Shown here: one piece after another, positions 36,989 to 47,634 of the stretch
Layout: every line of letters begins with the position of its first letter
How positions within the stretch are numbered: the first letter of the stretch is position 1
From: an uncultured cyanobacterium
GTDB lineage: Bacteria > Cyanobacteriota > Cyanobacteriia > PCC-9006 > JAAUQQ01
Length of the DNA stretch: 64,000 bases
Direction: 5' to 3'
Assembly (NCBI GenBank): GCA_963718615.1
Contig: OY970368.1
Span: forward strand, 800,001 to 864,000
Position numbers and translations under genes: made by a program
The notes under the pieces: generated by a model
Databases searched by the model: none
The model's input: only the letters and a program-made list of their open reading frames with translations
What the model was told of the DNA's origin: nothing

Positions 36989-37423
36989 CTATTCTGACTC
37001 CGCAGGCGGATGATACCCCATCACAGCAAGAACTCGACGCATATTCACAACACCCTCACGATTGGTTTGGAGCCGCTCGATCGTGGCTCGTCCGATCGGT
37101 GTCAATCCCAGCATCTCCGTGGCATCAGGCGTCCAAGTGAAGTGATCGCGCCACCGCATTTCCCTAGGATTAAACAAGGAAACCACCTGTCCAGTAATCG
37201 AATCTAGGGCCGTAACTTTTGTGTATTTACAATTATTACAAGTTTGACAAGCAAGAGCTAGATTTTCTGCGATCGTCTCTCCACCCCGGCTAACCGGATA
37301 AATGTGTTCCATCACTAACGGGTCAACAGCAAATTTTGCTTGGCTCCGACAATATTCGCAGTTTCCTTGGGCACGATCGAAAACAAACTGCTTGAGGGCG
37401 ACAGGGACATACTCACTAGGCAT
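36989..37423 (-). CDS. HNH endonuclease
   Basis: CEYC, EHIYPVSRGG, NLALACQTCN, LFNPR...W..HF and GLTPIGRAT motifs. Confidence 0.92.
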   Translation of the reverse strand: MPSEYVPVALKQFVFDRAQGNCEYCRSQAKFAVDPLVMEHIYPVSRGGETIAENLALACQTCNNCKYTKVTALDSITGQVVSLFNPREMRWRDHFTWTPDATEMLGLTPIGRATIERLQTNREGVVNMRRVLAVMGYHPPAESE

Positions 37424-37790
37424 AGGTAACGCAGGGGATACCTAAGCTTTCCATCAAATCGAGCAGAGACATCTGCCGGAGCTGAGCCAATTTTGCCAAA
37501 GATTCAAGACGTTGAGCACCTAAATTCTCAATCATTTTACTGAGGTGAACAAGAACTTCATATTCATTTTCAGTCAGCGTCTCGGCCTCCCGTTTCTCCC
37601 TCAGAACTTGATACTGGGCCATGAGTTCAGGAGCAATACCTTGATTAATCTCCTGAAGCAGCACAGCCTCTTCATCAGGGATTACAGGAGCCTTACGGCG
37701 CGCGCGCAAAGTGACGATCTGATGAAGAAGTCGTTCCAGATCTGTTTCATTGAGTTGATTAGCGGCCAGAATGAGTTCATCAATGCTCAT
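37416..37790 (-). CDS. Small helical protein coupled to the HNH gene (putative antitoxin)
   Basis: EAVLLQEINQG...REAETLTENEYEVL...QRLESLAKLAQLR; 8-bp overlap with the HNH gene. Confidence 0.75.
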   Translation of the reverse strand: MSIDELILAANQLNETDLERLLHQIVTLRARRKAPVIPDEEAVLLQEINQGIAPELMAQYQVLREKREAETLTENEYEVLVHLSKMIENLGAQRLESLAKLAQLRQMSLLDLMESLGIPCVTYA

Positions 37791-37979
37791 AGGGCTTCGC
37801 GAGTAATAGAATCCCCTCAATTGTAGCGCAGGGGATATGCGCAGTGCGGCCTTGGGCGATCGTCCAAGGCTGGAAAGACGACCTCGATACTCTTTATCCT
37901 AGCCAAGCGCCTCAGAAAGAACCAAACCGCCCCCAGCCCACAAACTAAACGAGAAATACAACCTATCCCCACCCAGCCC

Positions 37980-38258
37980 ATGACCCTTAGCCTCCTCCCC
38001 GACCTCGAACAGCGCCTAACCCAAGCCGCAGAATTCCAGAAACTCTCCATTATTGAATACACCCTACGGCTATTCGATCGCTACCTCCCACCCAAAAGCC
38101 CAAAAACCGAACTCCTCGCCCTCCTTCAATCCTGGATCGATGAAGACGACGAAGGCGAACAACAAGAAACCGGCACAGAACTGATCCAATCCCTAGACAA
38201 ACACCGCCTATCCAGCCGCCCCCTCTTCCCCCCAGACCTCAAAGAAATCTCCTGGTGA
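37980..38258 (+). CDS. Putative antitoxin
   Basis: LLQSWIDEDDEGEQQETGTELIQSLDKHRLSSRPLFPPDLKEISW; stop overlaps the GTG of the PIN relic. Confidence 0.75.
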   Translation: MTLSLLPDLEQRLTQAAEFQKLSIIEYTLRLFDRYLPPKSPKTELLALLQSWIDEDDEGEQQETGTELIQSLDKHRLSSRPLFPPDLKEISW

Positions 38259-38335
38259 GTGTTGTGATTGCGACTACCAATGTGAGCCATCTCTCTCGGT
38301 TCATGCCTGCTGCCTTATGGCAAGAAATCAGCTAA
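38255..38335 (+). pseudogene. PIN toxin reduced to start codon plus C-terminus (26 aa)
   Basis: VS|VVIATTNVSHLSRFMPAALWQEIS* is a PIN-family C-terminal motif directly after the start. Confidence 0.75.
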
Positions 38336-38482
38336 AGTACGGGTCCACCAAGCCCTCACCGATCCACAAATGTTGAGGGTGGACTTTGGCTAACCCTTTT
38401 GTTTGAGTGCTGCTTGATGTGGGAAAATGCTCATTGAAGCTTTGGAAGCCGTGGTTGCGAAGAAGGTGAGTGTGGCGATCGC

Positions 38483-38950
38483 TCACTCTTCCAGTTTTTC
38501 CAGCAGCTTGTTCGGCCTGGCAACTTTAAGATTTTCATAGAGGTCAGGATGCTTGAGAAGCATGTAGTGTTCATACTCAAACCAATGTCTTTCCCCCTTC
38601 TCTTCGTTGCATGCTCGACAAATGACCCATAGATTTGAAAAGGCGAGAGAAAGCCATGGGTACTGGGAGCGTGGTAACTTATGATCAATAGTTCGATAGT
38701 GATCGGGAGGCCCGAATTTCTGCTCACATACCGGACAATGATAGTCCGAATGTTCCTCTACCCATGCCTGACTCTCCAGCGTACTACCGCACTCACCATC
38801 GCCGTTGTTGTATCTCCAGTAATCATATTCCCTATAGTTTTCAAAATCTTCAGGCGTCAGCTTATGGTATTGTTTCTTGCCAATTTTGTTGGCAAGCTTG
38901 AACAGTTCATCTAGGCTAAGTTCTTGCCACAGTTGATCTTCTTTCTGCAT
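38483..38950 (-). CDS. HNH endonuclease (gene 3 of a three-gene cassette)
   Basis: CPVC, TIDHKLPRSQYP and NLWVICRACNEEKG motifs. Confidence 0.9.
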   Translation of the reverse strand: MQKEDQLWQELSLDELFKLANKIGKKQYHKLTPEDFENYREYDYWRYNNGDGECGSTLESQAWVEEHSDYHCPVCEQKFGPPDHYRTIDHKLPRSQYPWLSLAFSNLWVICRACNEEKGERHWFEYEHYMLLKHPDLYENLKVARPNKLLEKLEE

Positions 38951-38996
38951 GGGGATAAATATTTAAATTAATGACAGGGCACATTCAGAATTGAAC

Positions 38997-39392
38997 TCAG
39001 CGTCTTGAGCGACTCTTTCTAAAGTCAATTACTTCTATTTCTGTATCGGGAAACTGCTGGTCAACGATATCCGACATTTCGACCGAAACTGCGGCCATCT
39101 CTTTCCTAAAATCGGCTCTTTCTTCAGAGCTTTGATACTTGTTTCCGATTCGATCTGCCTCTAAAAATAGTGATTCAAGACTGGGAAGTTGCTCATTTAA
39201 CTGCTCTTCAATTAATTCGATTTTCTCGTAAATCTTAATGACATTTTCCCATCCAACATTGCGACATCCCTCTTGTTTGAGTTGCTGTTGATGCTTTTGA
39301 GGAAGTGAACCTCGACTCCTTGTGTTGTGACTTTGAAGCTCTCGGTAAGTCATCCCTTGAAAAGTTTGGGCTGTTCTTTTCTTCACTTTCAT
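38997..39392 (-). CDS. Hypothetical protein (gene 2 of cassette)
   Basis: Co-oriented with a 46-bp gap to the HNH gene; helical. Confidence 0.75.
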   Translation of the reverse strand: MKVKKRTAQTFQGMTYRELQSHNTRSRGSLPQKHQQQLKQEGCRNVGWENVIKIYEKIELIEEQLNEQLPSLESLFLEADRIGNKYQSSEERADFRKEMAAVSVEMSDIVDQQFPDTEIEVIDFRKSRSRR

Positions 39393-39528
39393 TTTTTGCT
39401 GTTTTTCTATGGGTCTAGCTATCTTTTTGATGTATAAATGTGGTTCGGACTTCTAGTCCGAAATGAACGAGATGCCCATCTCACAAATCAACTAGGGTCT
39501 CTACGGCATGGTCTTGGTTACTCTTGGC

Positions 39529-40074
39529 TTACTCTTGAGTCCAACGAAAGATTCTCGCTGCTGCCTTGCGAAGTTCGCTGTCTTCGTATTTCATTAATTG
39601 TTTTAGATCTAGTGCGAGTCTCAGCTTGAGTTTGTCAACGAGGTTTTTGAGTGCCTTATTGTCTTTCTGAAGTTCAGCATTAGCCTCACTCAGGTTCTGA
39701 TTGCTTGATTCTAAGGTTTGCAGCGTTCCAATGAGCTGTTGGTTTCTCGTTTCGAGGGCTTGAAGCCTAGCTTGGAGCTCTCGCGGCTCTTTATCTAAGC
39801 CGTCTTGAATCGACTGCTGTAAAGCTTGGTTCTCTGCCTGAATTTTTGCCAGTTTTTTCTCGGCTTGGCTACGCTGGGTGCCGTATCGGCTGTTGTTTCT
39901 GCCGAGTTCTCTGTTTTTGCTAGAGAAAGAGGCGACGAGGCTCAGAACGCTAGGTTCATTCTGGAGAATCAATAAAAGATTCGCACATTCTTCTTGGGAA
40001 AGAGCTGCCGTGATATTTTTGTTGATGCCATATTCCTCGCTTAGCTTGTCTTGAAGCCGTTTTTTAGTGCCCAT
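39529..40074 (-). CDS. Coiled-coil hypothetical protein (gene 1 of cassette)
   Basis: Heptad-rich central region (LAKIQAENQALQQSI...LQALETRNQQL...LQKDNKALKNLVDKLK). Confidence 0.8.
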   Translation of the reverse strand: MGTKKRLQDKLSEEYGINKNITAALSQEECANLLLILQNEPSVLSLVASFSSKNRELGRNNSRYGTQRSQAEKKLAKIQAENQALQQSIQDGLDKEPRELQARLQALETRNQQLIGTLQTLESSNQNLSEANAELQKDNKALKNLVDKLKLRLALDLKQLMKYEDSELRKAAARIFRWTQE

Positions 40075-40427
40075 GGGTAGATGCTCGGTTCGATAAAGAT
40101 AAAAAAATCAGACGCATATTGGGAAACTTGTCATCGATTGGTGAGATAGCCTTTCGTCCTGGCCAAGGCTTCCAGAGGAGCGAGAGTCTGAGTATATCGC
40201 AAGACTCATAGCCTAAAGATGCTTGAAATGCTTATTGGGAAAAGGCTGCAGGCTTTTTGATTCGTTTGTTAATGATGTAACATACCGCATCCCTACATGG
40301 CTCTCTTTTATACTGTCACTTGTTGATGATCATTACAAACTCTGTGGAGTCGCATCCGTAAATATCAACAAGATATTTTATTTTGACCGCAGAAACCCTC
40401 AAACCAGCAGCTTTAATGCTCATCCCC

Positions 40428-40687
40428 ATCCCCTCTCCTGGCTCAAAGAACACGTTCAACAAGACGACGATTGGCAGGTGCGCAGTGCGGCGGGGGAGAC
40501 GATCGTCGAACGCTGGAAGGACGACTCCGATGTCATTAAGTTGCTCTTGCAAGTCAGCAGGCAAGATCCTTTTGAACGGGAGAATCATTGGCAAGACAAC
40601 CCCCGCCAAATTGCCCTTAAAGCCCTGCTCCGCCAAGCCCTCACCGATCCAGGAGTTATTGAGCTGGTGCGCGATCGATCTGGGTAG
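40428..40687 (+). pseudogene. HEAT-repeat gene 3' tail, longest copy, truncated
   Basis: LSWLKEHVQQDDDWQVRSAA...WKDD...DPFERENHWQDNPRQIALKALL...ELVRDR. Confidence 0.8.
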
Positions 40688-40977
40688 GGCTCTAAAGGTA
40701 AGGATGGCTGAAACTCTTTACCAGCATCAATTTCACCAATTTATTACCCTGTGGAAGACGGTAAGTATCTGCCGATGAGATGGCCCAGAGTACCTATTAT
40801 TTCGTGAATATCCTGGCTTTGTAGCTGTAAAACCGTGAGAAAATCCAGGATACTTCAGGTCTATACAGTTTACTCTAAGCGCTGAAAGCTCTGCGTGAAA
40901 GGGGTTGTGGCTATCCTTACCTAAATAGGACTACCGTGTTTGATAATGGCTTGATTATCTAGGCACGGCCCTAGACC

Positions 40978-43900
40978 TCAGATCCCGGCATGATAGTCCT
41001 GAATCGCCCGCACCTCCAAGGGCTGCTGCTGAGTCGCCCGAATCGCAGCCGCTGCCGCTCTTGCGCCAGCAACTGTTGTGATTGTGGGAATCTTGTAAGA
41101 CAGCGCCGTACGCCGGATCGTGCGATCGTCCTCCTGGGCAACCTCCCCAATCGGGGTGTTGATGATCAACTGAATTTCCCCATTCTTAATCGCATCCAGA
41201 ATATGGGGGCGACCCTCATGAACTTTGAGAATGCGATCGACCTTGAGTCCATTTTCCGCCAGGGTGTTGCGCGTGCCCTGGGTCGCAATGGCCGTGAAAC
41301 CCAGATCTAAAAGCTCCTGTACCACGGGGATAATGGCAGGCTTATCGCGATCGTTCATCGAAATAAACACCGTCCCGCCCTCGGGCAAGGCCTGGGACGC
41401 CGCGAGCTCTGCCTTGGCAAAGGCGCGGCCAAAGTCTCGGTCGATGCCCATGACTTCTCCGGTGGACCGCATTTCCGGTCCTAAGATGGTATCCGTGCCG
41501 GGAAAGCGATCGAAGGGCAACACTGCCTCTTTCACCGACATATAGGACGGAATAATTTCGGTGGTGAAATTTAGCTCCGCCAGGGTCTTGCCCGACATCA
41601 CCCGCGAGGCCAATTTCGCTAGGGGCGCGCCGATCGCCTTTGAGACAAAGGGCACCGTTCGTGAGGCCCGAGGGTTGGCTTCGATGATGAAAACTTCATC
41701 CCCCTGGGTAGCGAACTGAATATTCATCAGCCCGATGACCTTGAGCGCCTTGGCCAATTTCACCGTCCATTCCCGAATCGTCGCCAGCGCCGGTTCCGAG
41801 AGGGAGACCGTGGGAATCGAACAGGCGGAGTCGCCGGAGTGGATCCCCGCTTGCTCGATATGTTCCATGATGCCGCCGATGACGACATTGCCTTGGTGGT
41901 CGGCGATCGCATCCACATCCACTTCCGTGGCATTTTCCAGGAACTTGTCAATCAAAATCGGGTGATCCGGCTCCACCTGAACCGCCTTTTGCATATAGCG
42001 TTCCAGGTCTGTGTCGGAGTAGACAATCTCCATAGCCCGACCGCCGAGGACATAACTGGGCCGCACGACGACGGGGTAGCTGATCCGTTGGGCGACGCGC
42101 AGGGCTTCGTTGTAGCTGCGGGCGAGGCCGTTGGGGGGCTGTTTAATCTCTAGCTCCCGCAGAATTTTCTCAAACCGCTCCCGGTCCTCGGCGGTGTCGA
42201 TGGAATCCGGCGAAGTGCCCCAAATTTGCGTTTGGATTGGAGACGAATCGTCAGCGGCAACTCGGTTGAGATAGTCCTGCAAGGGCACCGCCAATTTCAA
42301 CGGGGTCTGGCCGCCAAACTGGATGATCACCCCCTTGGGATTTTCCGCCTCCAAAATATTGAGCACATCTTCCTTGGTGAGGGGTTCGAAGTAGAGGCGA
42401 TCGCTAGTATCATAATCAGTCGAAACCGTCTCCGGATTAGAATTGACCATGATCGTCTCAAAGCCATCCGCCCGCAGCGCAAACGAGGCGTGACAACAGC
42501 AATAGTCAAACTCAATGCCCTGGCCAATGCGATTGGGTCCCCCACCCAAAATCATCACCTTGGGTCGCTCGGATGCCAGGACTTCGGATTCTGGGGCTTG
42601 GCGCTCGATGGTATAGTCGTTGGCGCTGTTTTGGGTGTCAATCACCTCGGAAGCGGTTTCGTAGGTGGAATAGTAGTAGGGGGTGAAGGCTTCAAACTCA
42701 GCAGCGCAGGTGTCCACGGTTTTGTACGTCGGGATGATGCCGAGGGCTTGGCGGTGGCTGCGGACTTCGTCCTCGCTGGTTTTGGTGGCGAAGGCAATTT
42801 GGCGATCGCTAAACCCCCGCTGCTTAATCGCCTGGAGCGTATCGGTATCCAGATCCGCCAGTTTCGATCGCTTGAGAAATTTCTCCACTTCGATCAGCTC
42901 CTGGAATTTATCGAGGAACCAGGGGTCGATCGCCGTCAGTTCAAAGATCTCTTCGTTGCTCATCCCCATCAGCATGGCGTGGCGGATGGTAAAGATGCGA
43001 TCGGGATTAGGCGTACGGAGCTGGGGCAGAATTTTGTTGAGGCTGGGGAGGGTTTCGGGGCGATCGCAACCCCAACCCGCCCGACCGGTTTCCAAGGAAC
43101 GCAGAGCCTTCTGGAACGACTCCAAAAACGTCCGCCCAATGGCCATGGCTTCCCCGACGGATTTCATCTGGGTCGTCAGCACGGGTGGGGTCCCAGCAAA
43201 TTTCTCAAAGGCAAACCGAGGAATTTTTGTTACCACATAGTCGATGGTCGGCTCGAACGAAGCCGGGGTCTTACGGGTAATGTCGTTGGAAATTTCATTG
43301 AGCGAATAGCCCACCGCCAGCTTGGCCGCGATCTTAGCAATGGGGAACCCCGTCGCCTTCGAGGCCAGCGCCGAACTCCGCGACACCCGAGGGTTCATTT
43401 CAATGACAATGACATCGCCATCGACCGGATTGACCGCAAACTGAATATTGGAACCCCCAGTTTCCACACCAATCTCGCGAATAATCTTGATCGACGCATC
43501 TCGCAGCCGCTGATATTCCTTATCCGTCAAGGTTTGAGCCGGGGCCACCGTAATCGAATCCCCCGTATGGATCCCCATGGGATCTAAATTCTCAATGGAG
43601 CAGATAATCACGACGTTATCCGCCAGGTCGCGCATCACCTCTAGCTCATATTCTTTCCAGCCTAGGAGCGACTGCTCGACCAAAATCTGGCTGACGGGAC
43701 TAGCATCGAGACCCGATTGGGTAATGGCCTCAAATTCCTCTTGGTTATAGGCAATGCCCCCCCCGGTGCCCCCCATCGTAAAGGCCGGACGGATAATCAG
43801 CGGGTAGCTACCGATCTGAACCGCCAATTCACGGGCTTCGTCCATGGTTTCGGCGATCCCCGAGGGACAGACCGCGACGCCGATGCGGGCCATGGCTTCC

Positions 43901-44298
43901 TTAAAGAGCAGGCGATCTTCAGCCATTTCGATCGCCGGTAGCTTCGCCCCAATCAGCTCTACACCATATTTGTCCAGGGTGCCATTTTTCGACAGCGACA
44001 CCGCCATATTCAGCGCGGTCTGTCCCCCCATCGTCGGCAAAAGGGCATCAGGGCGCTCTTTTTCAATAATTTTGGCCACCATCTCTGGGGTCAGGGGCTC
44101 AATGTAGGTGCGGTCTGCCATCTCCGGGTCCGTCATAATCGTCGCCGGATTGGAGTTTACGAGAATCACCTCAAAGCCCTCTTCACGTAGCGCTTTGCAG
44201 GCTTGGGTTCCTGAGTAGTCAAACTCACAGGCCTGACCAATCACAATGGGACCGGAGCCCAGGAGCATGATTTTTTTCAGGTCGTTGCGGCGAGGCAT
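40978..44298 (-). CDS. carB: Carbamoyl-phosphate synthase large subunit
   Basis: [30 protein letters not shown]; duplicated ATP-grasp domains and an MGS domain. Confidence 0.99.
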   Translation of the reverse strand: MPRRNDLKKIMLLGSGPIVIGQACEFDYSGTQACKALREEGFEVILVNSNPATIMTDPEMADRTYIEPLTPEMVAKIIEKERPDALLPTMGGQTALNMAVSLSKNGTLDKYGVELIGAKLPAIEMAEDRLLFKEAMARIGVAVCPSGIAETMDEARELAVQIGSYPLIIRPAFTMGGTGGGIAYNQEEFEAITQSGLDASPVSQILVEQSLLGWKEYELEVMRDLADNVVIICSIENLDPMGIHTGDSITVAPAQTLTDKEYQRLRDASIKIIREIGVETGGSNIQFAVNPVDGDVIVIEMNPRVSRSSALASKATGFPIAKIAAKLAVGYSLNEISNDITRKTPASFEPTIDYVVTKIPRFAFEKFAGTPPVLTTQMKSVGEAMAIGRTFLESFQKALRSLETGRAGWGCDRPETLPSLNKILPQLRTPNPDRIFTIRHAMLMGMSNEEIFELTAIDPWFLDKFQELIEVEKFLKRSKLADLDTDTLQAIKQRGFSDRQIAFATKTSEDEVRSHRQALGIIPTYKTVDTCAAEFEAFTPYYYSTYETASEVIDTQNSANDYTIERQAPESEVLASERPKVMILGGGPNRIGQGIEFDYCCCHASFALRADGFETIMVNSNPETVSTDYDTSDRLYFEPLTKEDVLNILEAENPKGVIIQFGGQTPLKLAVPLQDYLNRVAADDSSPIQTQIWGTSPDSIDTAEDRERFEKILRELEIKQPPNGLARSYNEALRVAQRISYPVVVRPSYVLGGRAMEIVYSDTDLERYMQKAVQVEPDHPILIDKFLENATEVDVDAIADHQGNVVIGGIMEHIEQAGIHSGDSACSIPTVSLSEPALATIREWTVKLAKALKVIGLMNIQFATQGDEVFIIEANPRASRTVPFVSKAIGAPLAKLASRVMSGKTLAELNFTTEIIPSYMSVKEAVLPFDRFPGTDTILGPEMRSTGEVMGIDRDFGRAFAKAELAASQALPEGGTVFISMNDRDKPAIIPVVQELLDLGFTAIATQGTRNTLAENGLKVDRILKVHEGRPHILDAIKNGEIQLIINTPIGEVAQEDDRTIRRTALSYKIPTITTVAGARAAAAAIRATQQQPLEVRAIQDYHAGI

Positions 44299-44615
44299 AG
44301 GTAAGGAAAAGGAAGACGCTAGCAGATCCAGACTATTCTACGGTCTTGGGGGAATGGGATTTGGCTCATTCGATGCCTTATCAAGGGTTATTGAAAATTT
44401 GCAGGATAGGTTTAAGGTTTGACAAAATGGTTGTGGCGTTTTTTTACGTTTCCCATCCCTCTATTACAAATCGTCGTAAAACAGAAAGGGTTTCTTGGCT
44501 TGACCCGAGCCTCAGAGAGGAAGCATGAAGCGACAGCCTTTGCAATAGGCTGTTACAATTTGGCTATTACTGGAATAACTCCAACCACTATTCACATCGA
44601 GGACAGCGTCGATCT

Positions 44616-45287
44616 ATGGCAGCCTTTGCAAACACCGCAAGGTCGGAAATGAGTGAGCTCCAGCGACTGAAAAGTTTGCTGCCGCCTGAGCTTCAGAGTT
44701 GGGTGTTTGTGGAAGCGGCAACGGCTGTCGATCCACCGCTGATTGCCTGTGAGGAAATTGGCAAGGATGAGGTGGAAATCCAGATAGATTTAATTCGCTG
44801 GGAGCAATTTGCCCTCGACCAGCGTAATTTGCTTTTTTGGCATGAGGTCGCGCGCGTTCAGAATGACACCATTCCCCGCGATGGTTGGGAAATGGCAGCC
44901 TTGGCGATCGGCCTGGGGGGCGCGGTGGGTGAGCTCTGGGTCCAAGACGGTTTGCTGTTGCTCTTAGCCCTGGGGCTTTCGGGATTTGCGGGGTACCGGC
45001 TCTATGCGCGCAATAATGGCGAAAAGCGCTTGCAGGAGGCGATCGAGGCGGATGAGCGGGCGATCGCCCTCGCCACCCGTTTTGGCTATTCTCTCCCCAA
45101 TGCCTACCGCAGCTTGGGCAGTGCCCTCAAGGCGGTGATTGAACAAACTCCCAAAAAGAAAAAGCGCAGTTTCTACGATTCCCGGCTTCAGGCCCTGCGG
45201 CGCAGCGCTGCCAAGGCCAAGGCCAAGGCCAAAGCTACCCAAGATGACCCCCTGGGCGTGCCTCGCTCTGAAAACGTCTACGGCTAG
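44616..45287 (+). CDS. DUF3318 domain protein
   Basis: ELQRLKSLLPPELQSWV, DQRNLLFWHEVARVQ and GWEMAALAIGLGGAVGELWVQDG motifs. Confidence 0.88.
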   Translation: MAAFANTARSEMSELQRLKSLLPPELQSWVFVEAATAVDPPLIACEEIGKDEVEIQIDLIRWEQFALDQRNLLFWHEVARVQNDTIPRDGWEMAALAIGLGGAVGELWVQDGLLLLLALGLSGFAGYRLYARNNGEKRLQEAIEADERAIALATRFGYSLPNAYRSLGSALKAVIEQTPKKKKRSFYDSRLQALRRSAAKAKAKAKATQDDPLGVPRSENVYG

Positions 45288-45331
45288 ATGGCTAGATTGT
45301 CTTCTCCCCGATAAACGGTTTGCGTTTTCCA

Positions 45332-45365
45332 ATCCTCTGGCCAGAGAAAGGCCGGAGGTTTTTTA
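45332..45365 (+). terminator. Intrinsic terminator
   Basis: CCTCTGGCC-loop-GGCCGGAGG followed by TTTTTT. Confidence 0.7.
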
Positions 45366-46087
45366 TGGCCTGCGTCTGTCCCGTCGTGATCGCTAAAATC
45401 CAGAGCTTTCAGGAAAAATTCCTAAATGGATTCTCCTAAGTTCTTGGTAAAAAATGCTTCGTAAAAAAATACTTTGCAAAAAGCTTGAAATCCTGTGGAT
45501 GTAACGGAGCAATAAAATTTTTCAAATCTGAACTGCAAAACTTGCTATCTCTATGAAAAATAGGTAATTTTTTATACTATAAAGGAATGTTTTGTTGCCG
45601 TTTTAAGCCATCGGCTCTGTCACGGAAGAGTTCGTTGAGTGGTTGCAGGCTGAGGGGAAAATTCCAAGGCTTTTGGCGGAGTGATTGATGGTGTTTAAGT
45701 CGCGTCTTTGTTGTTCCCTAAGATTTGATAAAGCTTCTTTGAGTCACTCCATCCCCAGGAACTTTCAAGAACCGTTAAGCAACAGGAAGAAGCGGGAAAC
45801 ATAATCCTAGCGCCCCAATGATTTTCAGCAGATTATTTGTCGTTTTCTATCCGACAAATCTATTCACCATCGGTTATAGGCTCTTGAGTCATTAGTATCG
45901 ATGAATGGATTGTTTCTCAGCTTGAGGATAATCTCATATCAATCATCAGGGTGTGTCTCCTTAAACCTGCTATGTAGTGTCGACGATTCAATGCAATGGG
46001 TGAAGTGAGTCGTCAGCGTTCGGACAGTCTCTCTGGTAACCGGCATGTTTGCCATTGGTGGTACAGTCAACGACTTAACGTTCCAGA

Positions 46088-47401
46088 ATGCGAATTCTTA
46101 TCTATTCCTACAACTATCATCCAGAGCCCATTGGGATTGCGCCCCTCATGACCGAGCTGGCGGAAGGATTGGTCAAACGGGGTCATGAAGTTCGGGTGGT
46201 GACCGGCATGCCCAACTATCCAGAACGTCAAATTCACCCGGATTACCGTAAAAAGCTCTATGTCACTGAAGAACGACAGGGTGTCACGATTCAACGCAGC
46301 TACATGTGGGTTCGCCCCAATCCAGGCTTGATCGATCGCATCCTGCTGGATGGCAGTTTTGTGGTCACCAGCTTTTTCCAAGCCTTACGGGGATGGCGGC
46401 CAGATTTGGTTATGCTGACTGCGCCTCCGCTGCCGGTTTCGGTGCCTGCTTCGATGCTGGGATTACTGTATTCTTGCCCGGTCGTCTTGAATCTCCAAGA
46501 TATTCTTCCTGATGCGGCGATTCATCTGGGCATCCTCAAAAATCCGGCCATGATCCGCGTTTTTGAATCCCTAGAACGGTTTGCTTATCGCAGCTCTACG
46601 GCTATTAGCGTGATTACCGATAAGTTTACGGATAACCTTCAGACTAAAGGTGTGAATCCCAAGAAGATTCACTGCATTCCGAACTGGGTTGATGTTTCTT
46701 TTATTCGGCCCCTGCCGAAACAACCCAATGCCTTTCGGACGGCCCAAGGGTTAGAAGATAAATTTGTGGTGCTTTATTCGGGCAATATTGCCCATAGCCA
46801 AGGCATTGAAACGGTCTTGCGAGCTGCGGCCCAGTTGATCCATGTGCCGGAACTCGTCTTTGTGATTGTGGGTGAAGCCAACGCTGTAGAGCGGCTCCAG
46901 CAATGGTGTATTGACCAGGAGATTTCGCTCGACAATATTCGGCTGCTGGAGCTTCAACCGCGCAAGGATTTGCCGACCATGTTGGCTGCCGCCGATGTGG
47001 GGTTGATTGTGCAAAAACGCAATGTTGTGGCTTTCAATATGCCGTCCAAAACTCAAGTCTTGATGGCAAGCGGTCGTCCGATTGTGGCTTCGGTTCCTGG
47101 CGATGGGCCTGCTGCGGAGGCGGTGCGGGATTCCCAGGCGGGGTTAGTTGTGAGTCCGGAAACGCCTGAAGAGTTGGCCCAGGCGGTTCTCAGTCTCTAT
47201 GAACAGCCGGAGAAAGCCGCGCAAATGGGCCAAAATGGTCGTCAGTATGCCCTGGACCATTACAGTTTTGAGGCCTCGCTCAATCGCTATGAAGACTTGT
47301 TTGAGGCGGTTATTGCTCCGGCAGAGTCAACGGCTTCGTCAGAGTCAACGGTTTCTCCCAGTCCTCGTCGAGCGGTACCGGGTATGTCTGGGACTCGCTA
47401 A
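46088..47401 (+). CDS. Glycosyltransferase family 4 (WcaI-like)
   Basis: MRILIYSYNYHPEPIGIAP, TGMPNYP, LYSGNI and MPSK...MASGRPIVA motifs. Confidence 0.93.
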   Translation: MRILIYSYNYHPEPIGIAPLMTELAEGLVKRGHEVRVVTGMPNYPERQIHPDYRKKLYVTEERQGVTIQRSYMWVRPNPGLIDRILLDGSFVVTSFFQALRGWRPDLVMLTAPPLPVSVPASMLGLLYSCPVVLNLQDILPDAAIHLGILKNPAMIRVFESLERFAYRSSTAISVITDKFTDNLQTKGVNPKKIHCIPNWVDVSFIRPLPKQPNAFRTAQGLEDKFVVLYSGNIAHSQGIETVLRAAAQLIHVPELVFVIVGEANAVERLQQWCIDQEISLDNIRLLELQPRKDLPTMLAAADVGLIVQKRNVVAFNMPSKTQVLMASGRPIVASVPGDGPAAEAVRDSQAGLVVSPETPEELAQAVLSLYEQPEKAAQMGQNGRQYALDHYSFEASLNRYEDLFEAVIAPAESTASSESTVSPSPRRAVPGMSGTR

Positions 47402-47634
47402 GGACTCAGGCCAGGGTCAGGGGGCCATCGGGGCAGTTAGGGGATAATTTAGGATTGCGAAAAGATTGCGAAATTTGGAGAAACATGTAGAGAGTTGTGC
47501 AAGGACCCTGGGGAGCCCCTATCGCCTTGGGATGGGTGGGCTAAAATGAAAGTCAGCTGCGTGATTCGATCGCGTTGCTACATTTCATCAATGCGTTTTA
47601 AATGCATTTCATCAAAGGGAGTCTCCGTTTGCCC

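Noticed and set aside
40223-40427. N-terminal half of the 154-aa ORF 40223-40687 as a real gene
   Set aside because: Only the part after about 40428 is HEAT-like; the upstream part looks like chance open frame.
35505-40687. Diversity-generating retroelement or true integron explanation for the HEAT tails
   Set aside because: No reverse transcriptase or tyrosine integrase, no attC-like hairpins, and differences between copies are not confined to adenines.
42226-43587. 453-aa plus-strand ORF
   Set aside because: Antisense to carB; no recognisable motifs. Same for the long antisense ORFs over flv3 (28826-29485) and lpxD (60701-61558).
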